IMG/VR virus record: IMGVR_UViG_3300009130_001605
Span: 1 to 64,000 of that record
Source of the DNA: a virus
Length of the DNA: 64,000 bases
Direction: 5' to 3' (one strand)
Numbering within the stretch: position 1 is the first letter of the stretch; each line of letters begins with the position of its first letter. A program made the position numbers and the translations under genes. The notes beneath the pieces were generated by a model. It was given only the letters and a program-made list of their open reading frames with translations, did not search any database and was not told where the DNA came from. Below are positions 48,215-57,543 of this stretch, piece after piece.

Positions 48215-49153
48215 ATGACCACAAAAAAAATACAGCAAGAATCTAAGAACGAAGCTTATGAGAGGCTAAAGAAGGGAAGGGTGAATAATATTCACATTTC
48301 TTTCTCCGAGTTTACTCAATACAAAAATTGTCCTCACAAACATCTTATTCAAAAACACCTGAGTATTGACAAAGACGACCAATCAATACACTTGTTTTTT
48401 GGTAACTGTATACATGAGTCTTTCGAATATGCTTTGCGTGATGGAATGGGTGTTGAAGATCGTATAAAGAAATTCAAAGAAGATTTTTACAAACAAATGG
48501 TGGACAACATGAAAGGTCTCCCTGGGTTTTCTGAAGTTTTCGATTTCTTAGATCAAGGTGAGAACATTATCCGAGTTTTCGACACAGATGCTCTCATGGG
48601 CCAATATGAAATTGTGTCGGTTGAAGAAGATTTATACGAGAACTTATCTGGAAGATTCTTTTTCAAAGGTTTTATTGACCTTGTATTGAGAAACAAATTA
48701 ACAGGAAGATATTTAATTGTTGATTGGAAAACCTCTGGTCAAGAATGGAAGGTTGATAAGAAAAAAGAGAATGAGATCTTTATGTGTCAAATGAGGTTTT
48801 ATAAATTTTTCTGGGCTCGTAAACACAGTGTTGATATTGACCAAATAGATTGTGAGTACATTGTTCTTAACAGACTTGTTAACAAGAAGAAGCCAAGCAA
48901 AGGCTTTGGTGTTCCTCAATACGTTCCGATAGACTCAACGCTAGATGAAATTGAATACTCTCTTAGAATGCTTGCAAATGCTGTGAAGGGAATACATTTG
49001 GATAACAACTTCCCAAAGATAAAGGAAACAAACCCTGAGTTGATTTGGAAAGAGAATGGATGCCTGTTTTGTAAGTACAAAGGAAACAAACATCCGATGT
49101 GCAACAGAAATAATAAGCAGTATAAGCACATTTTATTAGAACATAAGTTTTAA
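48215..49153 (+). CDS. PD-(D/E)XK exonuclease (Cas4/RecB-like)
   Basis: ISFSEFTQYKNCP, FGNCIHE, KGFIDLV, IVDWKT, QMRFY and C-terminal CLFC..C. Confidence 0.88.
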   Translation: MTTKKIQQESKNEAYERLKKGRVNNIHISFSEFTQYKNCPHKHLIQKHLSIDKDDQSIHLFFGNCIHESFEYALRDGMGVEDRIKKFKEDFYKQMVDNMKGLPGFSEVFDFLDQGENIIRVFDTDALMGQYEIVSVEEDLYENLSGRFFFKGFIDLVLRNKLTGRYLIVDWKTSGQEWKVDKKKENEIFMCQMRFYKFFWARKHSVDIDQIDCEYIVLNRLVNKKKPSKGFGVPQYVPIDSTLDEIEYSLRMLANAVKGIHLDNNFPKIKETNPELIWKENGCLFCKYKGNKHPMCNRNNKQYKHILLEHKF

Positions 49154-49154
49154 C

Positions 49155-49274
49155 ATGGAAACAAAAAAATAGCTTGGCGATGGTTTTGGTGTGTCAGTAA
49201 AGCATATGGATACTTACCCTACTGGTTATGCATATTATAATGTAACCATAGATTTCTATATAAATGACTTATAA
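49155..49274 (+). pseudogene. small interrupted ORF
   Basis: METKK*LGDGFGVSVKHMDTYPTGYAYYNVTIDFYINDL* with an in-frame TAG at 49170. Confidence 0.3.
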
Positions 49275-49334
49275 ATCATTGATATTGTAATTTCTATTTA
49301 TTATCTTTAAGTTGAAAAATAAAAAATTACAGAA

Positions 49335-49529
49335 ATGGAAGGACAAAATGTATTAGACTTACTTGTTGAAATTCAGACAGTTGCAGCAGAATCTGAGGTT
49401 GATGCAGAAAAGGTTATAAAAGGAAATAAAACTGCAGGTATTAGGTTGCGAAAAACTATGCAGACAATTAAGAGCCTCGCTCAAGACATTAGAGACGGAG
49501 TTCAAGACAACAAAAAAGCTAATCAATAA
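49335..49529 (+). CDS. histone H1-like (Hc1-family) DNA-binding protein
   Basis: DAEK..KGNKTAGIRLRKTMQTIKSLAQDIR. Confidence 0.8.
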   Translation: MEGQNVLDLLVEIQTVAAESEVDAEKVIKGNKTAGIRLRKTMQTIKSLAQDIRDGVQDNKKANQ

Positions 49530-49542
49530 GATTAGCTTTTTT
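49512..49542 (+). terminator. intrinsic terminator overlapping the stop codon
   Basis: AAAAAAGCTAATC-AATAA-GATTAGCTTTTTT. Confidence 0.7.
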
Positions 49543-49619
49543 GTTTTACACCCACATTTTAACTGGTGTTTTCTTTAAAATAGACTGGTTTTTTTAAAGT
49601 TTTTTGTTTACATTAATTC

Positions 49620-52600
49620 ATGGCAAAAAGGAAAAAAAGCAATAAACCTGTACAAAAGGTTGAGATAAGACGACTGAGAGGTGGTACTAACTACCGCTTT
49701 ACATATGACTACATACCAATGCTAAACGCATACATTAAAGGCAATTTGCCTCGTGAACACTGGAAAGTTCATGTTGAGAATGTGTATGATCCGATAGCTA
49801 AACAACCAAAAGACGTTTGGTCTAGAGACGTTAGGGAGTTTTCTGTTGGTAAAGTAATTGCTTTCCTTGTTGATAATGGAATTAAATTCGACTTCATCAA
49901 TATGACTGAAGGTGAAATTAACGTTCTTCGTAAAGAATTTAGAGAAAGACAAATGAGGATGAAACAGATCCTTAAAGAAAAAGCTGATGGTCTTGATGTG
50001 ACAGGTATGGATTTTAGTTATATGACAATGCAGCCATATGACTACCAAAAGAAAGCAGTTAAGTTTTTTGAGCTGAATGAAGGAAATGTTATTTTAGCCG
50101 ACCAACCAGGTGTTGGGAAACAAGCAGGTTTAGACACTCTCATTTCTACTCCAAATGGATGGAAAAGAATGGGAGATATGGAAGTTGGTGATAGAATACA
50201 CAACAGGTTTGGAAGTGTTTCAAATGTAAAAGGTGTGTATCCTCAAGGATACAAGGATTCTTATAAAATAACATTCAATGATGGTTCTCACACTTTCTGT
50301 GGATTAGAACACTTATGGACTGTTAGAGATAAAAACAGAAGGAAAAGAAACAAAGGGTGGGTCGTTAAATCTTTAAAAGAATTATTAGACTCAGGACTTG
50401 AATATGGAATGTCACCAAACGGATCTAATTCAAATAGAAAACCTGCTTTAAAATGGGAGATTCCAGTTACTGAACCTGTTTATTTTGACGACAAGGAATA
50501 TTATATTAGCCCATATCTACTAGGAGCATTAATCGGTTGCGGTTGCACATGCGTTAAATTAAACATGTATTTAACTGTACCAGACTTTCAAATAGAAATT
50601 GCAAACAAAGCAGAGAGTTTGTTGCCAGAAGGATATGGATTTAGTGTTAACAGAAGCCCTAAACGTCCACACTATAACATTGTTAAAGACAAAAACGCAA
50701 AAACGCTTGAAAACAGAGTTGTAACATACATAAGAAGACTTGGCCTTGATGTTAAATCTAGTGATAAATTTATACCACAAGAATACATGATAGGATCTGT
50801 TTATCAGAGAATTGAGTTGTTACGTGGATTGATGGACACTGATGGTAGTTGTTTGAAAAACAGAAGTAATTACCACACCACTTCAGAAAAGTTGGCAAAA
50901 GATGTTGTTGAACTAGTTCAATCACTTGGTGGCATTGCAAAAATAAACATCTACGATAGATCTCATGAAGACAAATCTACTGAATACATAGTTAATATTA
51001 AAACTAACTTCTGCCCTTTTTCTTTGAGTGAAAAAGTGAACGAATGGAAGTCTGTGAAGTCTAATAAAATATCACGTTACATTAAAAGTGTGGAATTGTT
51101 CAAACAAGAAGAACAACAGTGTATTGCAACAGATGCACCAGATCACACTTATTTAACGGATCAATACATTGTTACACATAACACATTGCCTCCTTTTTCA
51201 TATGCATACAAGCATAATCTTAAGACGTTAATCGTTTGCCCATCTTCTCTTAAACTAAATTGGAAAAGAGAGATTGATAGCTTTCTTAAACAGCATTCTT
51301 TTGTTTACAAATATGCTCCACCAAAAAGGAGTAATAATGTAAATCATCCAAAAGAATATTGTAACTTCCATATAATCAATTACGAATCTCTTGAGACATA
51401 TTTCAAATATGAATTTAGTCACAAGTGTTCTTCTCCAAACTGTAAATTTAAAGCAGTTGATCTTGAGAAGGGTTATAAGAAATGTCCTTTGTGTGCCACT
51501 CCTAAGAGTGTCAAGTCAAGAAGGGTTAATATTCTTGAATTCGAAGACAAGCAAGGTATGACATTAAATCCAGAGGATTATGATTTGATTATTCTTGACG
51601 AATGCCATTACATCAAAAACGAGGCTGCACAAAGAACAAAGATTATCAAAAAGGTCTTTAAAGACATTCCAAAAAAAATACTTATTTCTGGCACACCAAT
51701 CAAAAGTAGACCAATGGAGTTTTTCTCAATATTAAACTTCCTTAGACCTGAAGAGTTCAATAGCTCTCATGAGTTCGGGAAAAGATATGGAGCAGGATTT
51801 CAAGATAACTTCGGTTGGAAATATGACGGAGCATCAAACCTTGAAGAATTGTTTGAGAGAGTTCAGCCATATTTTTTAAGAAGATTGAAAAGCGATGTGC
51901 TAGAACTTCCACCTAAGACTTTTGTAAACATTCCTATCGAGCTTACAAATAAGCAGATGAAGGATTACGGGAAAGTTGAAGAAGGTGTTGTTGAACAACT
52001 TGAAGGAGAAGATAATTCTGGTGAGAAAAAATCAGCACTTGAAATCATTCTTGAATTGAAGAGGTACGTTTCAACAATAAAAGTGAAAGAATCAATTCCG
52101 ATTATCAAGGATATTATTGAACAAGGTGAAAAGATTGTTGTATTCTCCGAGTTCCAAGATACAGCAGAGGCAATTAGAGATGCATTCGCTGGACAATCCG
52201 TTATGATACATGGTTCTGTTGGAACTGAAGAAAGAGATCAGGCTGTTCAACAGTTTCAAGACCCGAAAAGTGATATAAAGGTTTTCTCTGGAACAATCGG
52301 TGCTGCAGGAGTTGGGCTTACGCTTACTCGTGCAAGTAATTTAATTTTTATCGGTTCAGCATGGACAAGTGGAGATATGGAACAAGCAGAAGATAGGGTT
52401 CACAGAGCCTCAACAACAGCAAGTAAAGTAACAATTATGACGCTTTATTGTGAGAACACAGTTGACGAATATATTATGCAACTACTTCAGGATAAGGCAC
52501 AAGTGGTTTCGAAAGCACTTGATAATAAAGTAGCAAACAAAACTGTAAATCAAACCGACTCTTTGAGTCAAGAGACAAGCAACATGAGTATTGTTGGAGC

Positions 52601-52628
52601 ATTAGTTGCAAGACTAACAGGAAACTGA
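49620..52628 (+). CDS. Snf2-family helicase/ATPase containing an intein
   Basis: LADQPGVGK|T, CPSSLKLNW, LDECH, SGTP, LRRLK, GVGLTLT and QAEDRVHR motifs. Confidence 0.93.
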   Translation: MAKRKKSNKPVQKVEIRRLRGGTNYRFTYDYIPMLNAYIKGNLPREHWKVHVENVYDPIAKQPKDVWSRDVREFSVGKVIAFLVDNGIKFDFINMTEGEINVLRKEFRERQMRMKQILKEKADGLDVTGMDFSYMTMQPYDYQKKAVKFFELNEGNVILADQPGVGKQAGLDTLISTPNGWKRMGDMEVGDRIHNRFGSVSNVKGVYPQGYKDSYKITFNDGSHTFCGLEHLWTVRDKNRRKRNKGWVVKSLKELLDSGLEYGMSPNGSNSNRKPALKWEIPVTEPVYFDDKEYYISPYLLGALIGCGCTCVKLNMYLTVPDFQIEIANKAESLLPEGYGFSVNRSPKRPHYNIVKDKNAKTLENRVVTYIRRLGLDVKSSDKFIPQEYMIGSVYQRIELLRGLMDTDGSCLKNRSNYHTTSEKLAKDVVELVQSLGGIAKINIYDRSHEDKSTEYIVNIKTNFCPFSLSEKVNEWKSVKSNKISRYIKSVELFKQEEQQCIATDAPDHTYLTDQYIVTHNTLPPFSYAYKHNLKTLIVCPSSLKLNWKREIDSFLKQHSFVYKYAPPKRSNNVNHPKEYCNFHIINYESLETYFKYEFSHKCSSPNCKFKAVDLEKGYKKCPLCATPKSVKSRRVNILEFEDKQGMTLNPEDYDLIILDECHYIKNEAAQRTKIIKKVFKDIPKKILISGTPIKSRPMEFFSILNFLRPEEFNSSHEFGKRYGAGFQDNFGWKYDGASNLEELFERVQPYFLRRLKSDVLELPPKTFVNIPIELTNKQMKDYGKVEEGVVEQLEGEDNSGEKKSALEIILELKRYVSTIKVKESIPIIKDIIEQGEKIVVFSEFQDTAEAIRDAFAGQSVMIHGSVGTEERDQAVQQFQDPKSDIKVFSGTIGAAGVGLTLTRASNLIFIGSAWTSGDMEQAEDRVHRASTTASKVTIMTLYCENTVDEYIMQLLQDKAQVVSKALDNKVANKTVNQTDSLSQETSNMSIVGALVARLTGN
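50121..51182 (+). mobile_element. class 3 intein (354 aa) with a LAGLIDADG domain, inserted in Walker A
   Basis: Begins QAGLDTLISTPNGW and ends IVTHN|T; WCT triad (HLW, QQCI, VTHN); blocks YLLGALIGCG and LRGLMDTDGS. Confidence 0.9.
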
Positions 52629-52681
52629 TAGTCTCTGGTAAAAATATCACTTTTTCGACCTATTTATAAGAAAAAAGAGAT

Positions 52682-53593
52682 ATGTTTGTAAGACAAGGAG
52701 ATAAAGGAGAAGGTGTAGCAAGTGTACAAAAGCTATTATCTTTATTAGGTTATGATTTAATTATAGATGGAGACTTCGGAGCTAGAACAACTAGGTCTGT
52801 TAGATCATTTCAAAAAAAATATGGTTTAGATATTGATGGTATTGTAGGGAATGCAACTTACAGTACATTAAAAGCTGCACAAAAAAGAAATTCAAAAGAA
52901 TCAGGCGTATCATCTGAGCAAAGCTATGGGGCGTTGGAGATTGTCCAACACCCTCTTAGCCCTGGACAATACATCAAACAAGTATTTGATAAGAAACAAA
53001 TTTATTTACACTTCACTGCAGGTGGGCCAACAGCTAAGAATGTGATTTCAGGATGGGATGCAAATGATCCAAGAATTGCAACAGCTTACGTTATCGATGG
53101 TAATGATGGCTCTGTGCTTGAGTGTTTCAACCCTACTTTTTGGTCTTACCACCTTGGTATCAAAGGAACAAGGGGAAAGGTTGACAAAGCTTCTATCGGT
53201 ATTGAGATTTGTAATTGGGGTCCTCTTGACGAAAAAGACGGTAAGTATTACGGTTGGCCAGCAAAGACGTACGACAAGTGGTTAGATAGATATGAGGTTA
53301 AGAAAGAGGATGTTATATTTTTAGACACTCCACACAGAGGCTATAAGCATTATCACAAAATCACAGATGAGCAAATTGAATCTGTAGAAAAATTACTTAT
53401 TTATTTAGTAAAGGAGTTTGGCATTCCAGTTAATGACGGCTTTGGTTCTGACTGGTATGAATTCAAAGAACACGTTATCAAAGAATTAACTCCAGGCATT
53501 TGGAATCACGTTAACGTTCGTAAAGATAAATACGATCTTTGTCCTGACCCAAGAGTTACGGCCATGTTGAATGGATTAAAAGATAAGTTATAA
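52682..53593 (+). CDS. endolysin: peptidoglycan-binding domain plus Amidase_2
   Basis: DGDFGART..FQ..GLDIDGIVG; LHFTAG, SIGIEICNWG and H..VRKDKYD; late motif at 52661. Confidence 0.9.
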   Translation: MFVRQGDKGEGVASVQKLLSLLGYDLIIDGDFGARTTRSVRSFQKKYGLDIDGIVGNATYSTLKAAQKRNSKESGVSSEQSYGALEIVQHPLSPGQYIKQVFDKKQIYLHFTAGGPTAKNVISGWDANDPRIATAYVIDGNDGSVLECFNPTFWSYHLGIKGTRGKVDKASIGIEICNWGPLDEKDGKYYGWPAKTYDKWLDRYEVKKEDVIFLDTPHRGYKHYHKITDEQIESVEKLLIYLVKEFGIPVNDGFGSDWYEFKEHVIKELTPGIWNHVNVRKDKYDLCPDPRVTAMLNGLKDKL

Positions 53594-53859
53594 TGGCAAG
53601 AGATTGGTCTAAAAGAGATATTGAGAATATCGTCAACAAAATTGTTGATAACAAAATAGAGCAAGCTACTAAAAATCTTACTAGCGATAAAGAGGTCAGG
53701 AAGATGATTAAGTCGGATATTGATGCTTTCTATAAGGAATTGAAGAAAGGCAAAGATGCTATGTCTGATAAAGAAACCAAAGAGCTTATTAGAAAATCCA
53801 TGATAAACCTTTATAAGTTTATGTGGGAAAAATCAAACTTCTTCATTAGAAATATTTAA
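53593..53859 (+). CDS. hypothetical protein
   Basis: Coupled to the endolysin stop. Confidence 0.7.
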   Translation: MARDWSKRDIENIVNKIVDNKIEQATKNLTSDKEVRKMIKSDIDAFYKELKKGKDAMSDKETKELIRKSMINLYKFMWEKSNFFIRNI

Positions 53860-53861
53860 AA

Positions 53862-54464
53862 ATGGAACTTAACAATAGATTGAAAGAAATAATTCAGGAT
53901 GAAATTAAAAACTTCTCACTTGAACAATTAAAGGGTAAAAAATCACCAGAATCAGCTCCTGCTAAATCTGATTACGATAAAATTAAAGAGGCAGAAGCTG
54001 AATCTAAAGATGTGGATAACATTTTGTTTTTCGGTGGTGATGACCCAGAGACAATTAAAAAATCTAAGCAGAGATATATCAAAGAAAACGAAGAACCTGC
54101 TGCTGTTGATAATCAATCTGAAGATCCAAGAATAACTCAAACAGAGATAGATCAATTCGAAAAAGATTTCCGTGAGAAAGTTAGCCCATTAGTTCAATTT
54201 TCTTCTAAAGATGACGGTGCCATAAATTTTAAGCTTTACAAAGGTGAAGCTGGAATTGAAGCGAGAATTTCTGGTGTTATTCCAATTAGCGGAGACAGTA
54301 AGGTCGAATGGAGTTTTTCCCTTCAAGAAGGTTCATATGTTAATATGAGTTCTGAGCTTACAACAGAAGTTGCTGAAGTTCTTAATAAAATGGCTTTTTT
54401 CTATGAAGAATGGAAAAGAGAATGGACTGAAAAATTAACAGAATTGCCAGCCGATAAAGAATAG
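53862..54464 (+). CDS. hypothetical protein (possible internal head protein)
   Basis: N-terminal RLKEIIQDEI motif. Confidence 0.7.
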   Translation: MELNNRLKEIIQDEIKNFSLEQLKGKKSPESAPAKSDYDKIKEAEAESKDVDNILFFGGDDPETIKKSKQRYIKENEEPAAVDNQSEDPRITQTEIDQFEKDFREKVSPLVQFSSKDDGAINFKLYKGEAGIEARISGVIPISGDSKVEWSFSLQEGSYVNMSSELTTEVAEVLNKMAFFYEEWKREWTEKLTELPADKE

Positions 54465-54504
54465 TTGTTTATTTTAGAACAGCTTTTATGTACATTCTTC
54501 TTGT

Positions 54505-54795
54505 ATGAAAACTTTTCAAGAGATAATAGCGAATCAAAAGAAGTTTAAAAACGAAATATTACTATATTTGAGAGATGAAGTAAGATCCTCAAAAGAGGAA
54601 TTGAGTAGTATTAAAACTGATGATGAGTATATTATGTCTCAAAAGAAGAAGATGGAACAAAGCTTCAAAAAGGCTAAATTTAGAAAATCTTTTAGTGAAC
54701 TGTTTTTTATGCATCCACGAAGAAACAAAGAGAAATTTGTTTGGTGGGACGAAAAAAAACAGGAAGCTTTAATTCTAAACTATGAAAAAAAATAA
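54505..54795 (+). CDS. hypothetical protein
   Basis: 96-aa ORF. Confidence 0.65.
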   Translation: MKTFQEIIANQKKFKNEILLYLRDEVRSSKEELSSIKTDDEYIMSQKKKMEQSFKKAKFRKSFSELFFMHPRRNKEKFVWWDEKKQEALILNYEKK

Positions 54796-55132
54796 GCATT
54801 TAGACATACTGATTGACATACGCTTCAACGGTTCAATGAATAGATTCGAAGAACTATATGGAGAAGGTGTTTCATATAGGAGGTTTGAACAAGAAACTTA
54901 CGTAGAACTAAAGTCTATGGTTTTCGAAAGATTGGGTAGAAAGATTAAGTTCAAAAAATGTAGGGACTTGGAAAAGTATGCGGACCCAATGGTGCTCACC
55001 ATTAAGGCTGAAATGACTGATGAAGAACATGAAGAATTCATTAATATTTATGATCAAGGTGAATTCGTATTTTTATATGACTTCATTGTTTCAAAAATAA
55101 GGTTACAAGAAGAAAATCAAAATCAAGATTAA
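54782..55132 (+). CDS. hypothetical protein
   Basis: Overlapping-operon ORF. Confidence 0.65.
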   Translation: MKKNKHLDILIDIRFNGSMNRFEELYGEGVSYRRFEQETYVELKSMVFERLGRKIKFKKCRDLEKYADPMVLTIKAEMTDEEHEEFINIYDQGEFVFLYDFIVSKIRLQEENQNQD

Positions 55133-55138
55133 AAAACA

Positions 55139-56041
55139 ATGGAACAATTCAACCAAGAACAAGCTGAACATTTAGCTAATTTGAAAAATAAGAGAAAAGC
55201 TATGTTTGATCAGATGAATGTGACACCAACTTTCACCCAGGACCAAATAAATCAAGGTGCTGCTGCGAGTAATTCTGGTGGATCTGTAAACCTTGCTGTT
55301 AGAGATAGGATCGCTGCTATTAAAGGTGGACATATGAAGCAGGAGATGAAAGAGTTAAACGAGGCTAAAAATCCGAATGAATTCCAAGCACTTTCAGTTC
55401 CAAAACCAAAAGGTCCTGCTCTTACACCAGAGCAAGAGGCTAAAAGAGCACAAGGTTTAAAAGAATCTGGTCTTGCTGACACTATCAAACCCTCAAAGGG
55501 TTCGAGAGAGGCAAGCAGTTTAGAAGCTATGTTTGACACCGATTCATCTGGACCATTATCAAGCGATGTGGTTATGGGTAATGCTTGGGACAATAAAAGA
55601 CAACAGGCACAACAAGCCCCAACAGGAACTCTTATACAAGAAGATCAAATGATGGGTGGAATTGGATCTTGGGAAAATAGTTACAAAAACACTCTTAATC
55701 AAGCATCTACGTCTGGGCAATATCAAAACCCAAATGTTAACCCACATGGTCAGAAAATGATGAACGAAGCTCAGCAGATGCAACAAGCACCAATGGGCAT
55801 GAACGCTACTCCAATGGGACCAACTCAAATAACTCAATTAATTGAGTCCAAGGTTTCCGAGATTGTTGATAGCAGAATGAAAGCTGTATTGTCAGAACTT
55901 AGCCAAGGGGATACAAGTAGGAAAACAAACCCAAACCAAATTATTGGTGAAAGAGTTAAGTCTGAAAGTGGTAAGTATTATAAAAACGCCATCAAAATAG
56001 ATGGAAAAGTATATATATTAAAAGAGGTTACTGGAAAGTAA
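55139..56041 (+). CDS. Q/M-rich low-complexity hypothetical protein
   Basis: 300-aa ORF with an A-rich start. Confidence 0.75.
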   Translation: MEQFNQEQAEHLANLKNKRKAMFDQMNVTPTFTQDQINQGAAASNSGGSVNLAVRDRIAAIKGGHMKQEMKELNEAKNPNEFQALSVPKPKGPALTPEQEAKRAQGLKESGLADTIKPSKGSREASSLEAMFDTDSSGPLSSDVVMGNAWDNKRQQAQQAPTGTLIQEDQMMGGIGSWENSYKNTLNQASTSGQYQNPNVNPHGQKMMNEAQQMQQAPMGMNATPMGPTQITQLIESKVSEIVDSRMKAVLSELSQGDTSRKTNPNQIIGERVKSESGKYYKNAIKIDGKVYILKEVTGK

Positions 56042-56052
56042 CCTCTTTTATT

Positions 56053-56592
56053 TTATTTCTGTAAGAACTTATTTGTGAAAACAACTTTAACCATGCTTAA
56101 ATGAGAGCTTTCATGGTCCTCTCTGATTTCATTTAGTATTTCCAAAGGATCTCTTTTTAATTCGATAAAAGCTCGGTCTGATTCCGCTTTTTCACGATTA
56201 TTACCAACAATCTGATCTCTACTAACATCACTCCAAGAAATCCTATTCAAATCTCTTTGTGTAAATCTTGAGTTAACAAATTTAACAAAACCATGACTTA
56301 CACCTAAGTCGATGTGGTTTATAATATAACAAGAACGGCACAACAAAGTGACTTTTGTGTCTTCTGGCTTACTCTCATTGAAGTCCTCAATGTGTAAAAC
56401 CAAGTGTTTCTTCTTATATTCAAACTGACTTTCGTTTTCACCTTCTTCTTCTAAAGGTTTCCAACCACAACATTGACATGTGTTGTCATAAAGCATTTGT
56501 GTCTCTTTTGTTATCCTAGCAAATTCTTCACCACCTATTGCTTCTATATACGGCTTACTTGGAGTTGTTACTTTTAAAGTTAAGTCTATCAT
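56053..56592 (-). CDS. HNH-fold zinc-binding protein (IcmJ/DotN-like)
   Basis: YDNTCQCCGW...LLCRSCY...TQRDLN; TAnnTTTG element upstream. Confidence 0.5.
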   Translation of the reverse strand: MIDLTLKVTTPSKPYIEAIGGEEFARITKETQMLYDNTCQCCGWKPLEEEGENESQFEYKKKHLVLHIEDFNESKPEDTKVTLLCRSCYIINHIDLGVSHGFVKFVNSRFTQRDLNRISWSDVSRDQIVGNNREKAESDRAFIELKRDPLEILNEIREDHESSHLSMVKVVFTNKFLQK

Positions 56593-56683
56593 AATTCAAT
56601 TTTTCCCAAAGATAAAAAAAAAAACTGAATTTTTTAGAATTTTCATTATTAACTGCTATTTATTAATAAAAATTTTACTTACC

Positions 56684-57421
56684 ATGGGAAAAAAACTTAA
56701 TGAAAAGCAATTCAGAGAAGTAGTAAGAAATATAATTAAAGAAAGTGTTAAAGATTTAGGTGATTCTATGAATCAAGACTTAAACACTATGGATTCTGTT
56801 AATACAACGGATCATCCAAATACTTTAATTGGTGCTCCTGAAAATACTAATGATCCTTCTCAATCTCCTGTAGATACAAAGAAAGAGAACGATAAAGATG
56901 CTCCTGAAACTCCAAAGACAGAACAATTGAAAGAAAGTAAAGGCGATGTTGAGAATGCAGGTGAAGTGACTGATGTTGATATGAATTCACAAGATTCTGA
57001 ACTAGGTGATCACAAAGACGGTGCTGTTGTTGAAGTTGAAGCAGGTGGTGGAACTCACTCAGGTGAATCAACAAAAGGTATGGCTAAAGCTAAAGAGGAA
57101 ACAAAATCAGGAATGAATGATTCTTCTAATGAAAACGGTGGTGATGACAAGGGTGCGGAAGCTACTGAAACAAAAATGAATGCAATGGACAAAGAGGTTG
57201 ACGAAGGAACAAAAACTTACGTTGAAGCTGGGTCTGAAGATTCTACTGGTCAAAAAGATGCTAAATGGAGCAAAGAAGCTAAGAATGAAAAAGCTGATGA
57301 GCCTATTGCAACAGCAATTCAATTACCAGAAGGATTCGGTAAAAAAGCAATTTCTAGTTCTGAATTATTAAAATTCATCAACGAAGAAGCAGACAAACTT
57401 TCTGACAAAGGTTTACTTTAA
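56684..57421 (+). CDS. acidic low-complexity protein (possible internal head/scaffold protein)
   Basis: LNEKQFREVVRNIIKES N-terminus; internal MN..D...VEAG..ST.G repeat; late motif at 56657. Confidence 0.7.
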   Translation: MGKKLNEKQFREVVRNIIKESVKDLGDSMNQDLNTMDSVNTTDHPNTLIGAPENTNDPSQSPVDTKKENDKDAPETPKTEQLKESKGDVENAGEVTDVDMNSQDSELGDHKDGAVVEVEAGGGTHSGESTKGMAKAKEETKSGMNDSSNENGGDDKGAEATETKMNAMDKEVDEGTKTYVEAGSEDSTGQKDAKWSKEAKNEKADEPIATAIQLPEGFGKKAISSSELLKFINEEADKLSDKGLL

Positions 57422-57441
57422 TATTTAATAACAACTTTTTT

Positions 57442-57478
57442 AACCAGAACATTATTTTATTAGTGTTCTGGTTTTTTT
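57442..57478 (+). terminator. intrinsic terminator
   Basis: AACCAGAACATTA-TTTTAT-TAGTGTTCTGGTT followed by a T run. Confidence 0.8.
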
Positions 57479-57543
57479 CTTACTAAAGAAAACTTTACTA
57501 TCTCATTTGCTTTTTTTATATTAAATATAAACGAAGACTTAAA

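Noticed and set aside
48215-49153. Cas4-like gene as part of a CRISPR system
   Set aside because: Solo PD-(D/E)XK exonucleases are common in phage replication modules; no array or other cas genes were seen
49155-49274. In-frame TAG suggesting amber recoding, as in some large phages
   Set aside because: Long genes are intact under the standard code, and TAG (283, 3056, 10403, 17829, 54464) and TGA (46677, 52628) act as real stops followed by new genes or promoters
49561-49595. Second hairpin plus T-tract before the helicase
   Set aside because: The stem needs several GU pairs and mismatches; support is weak
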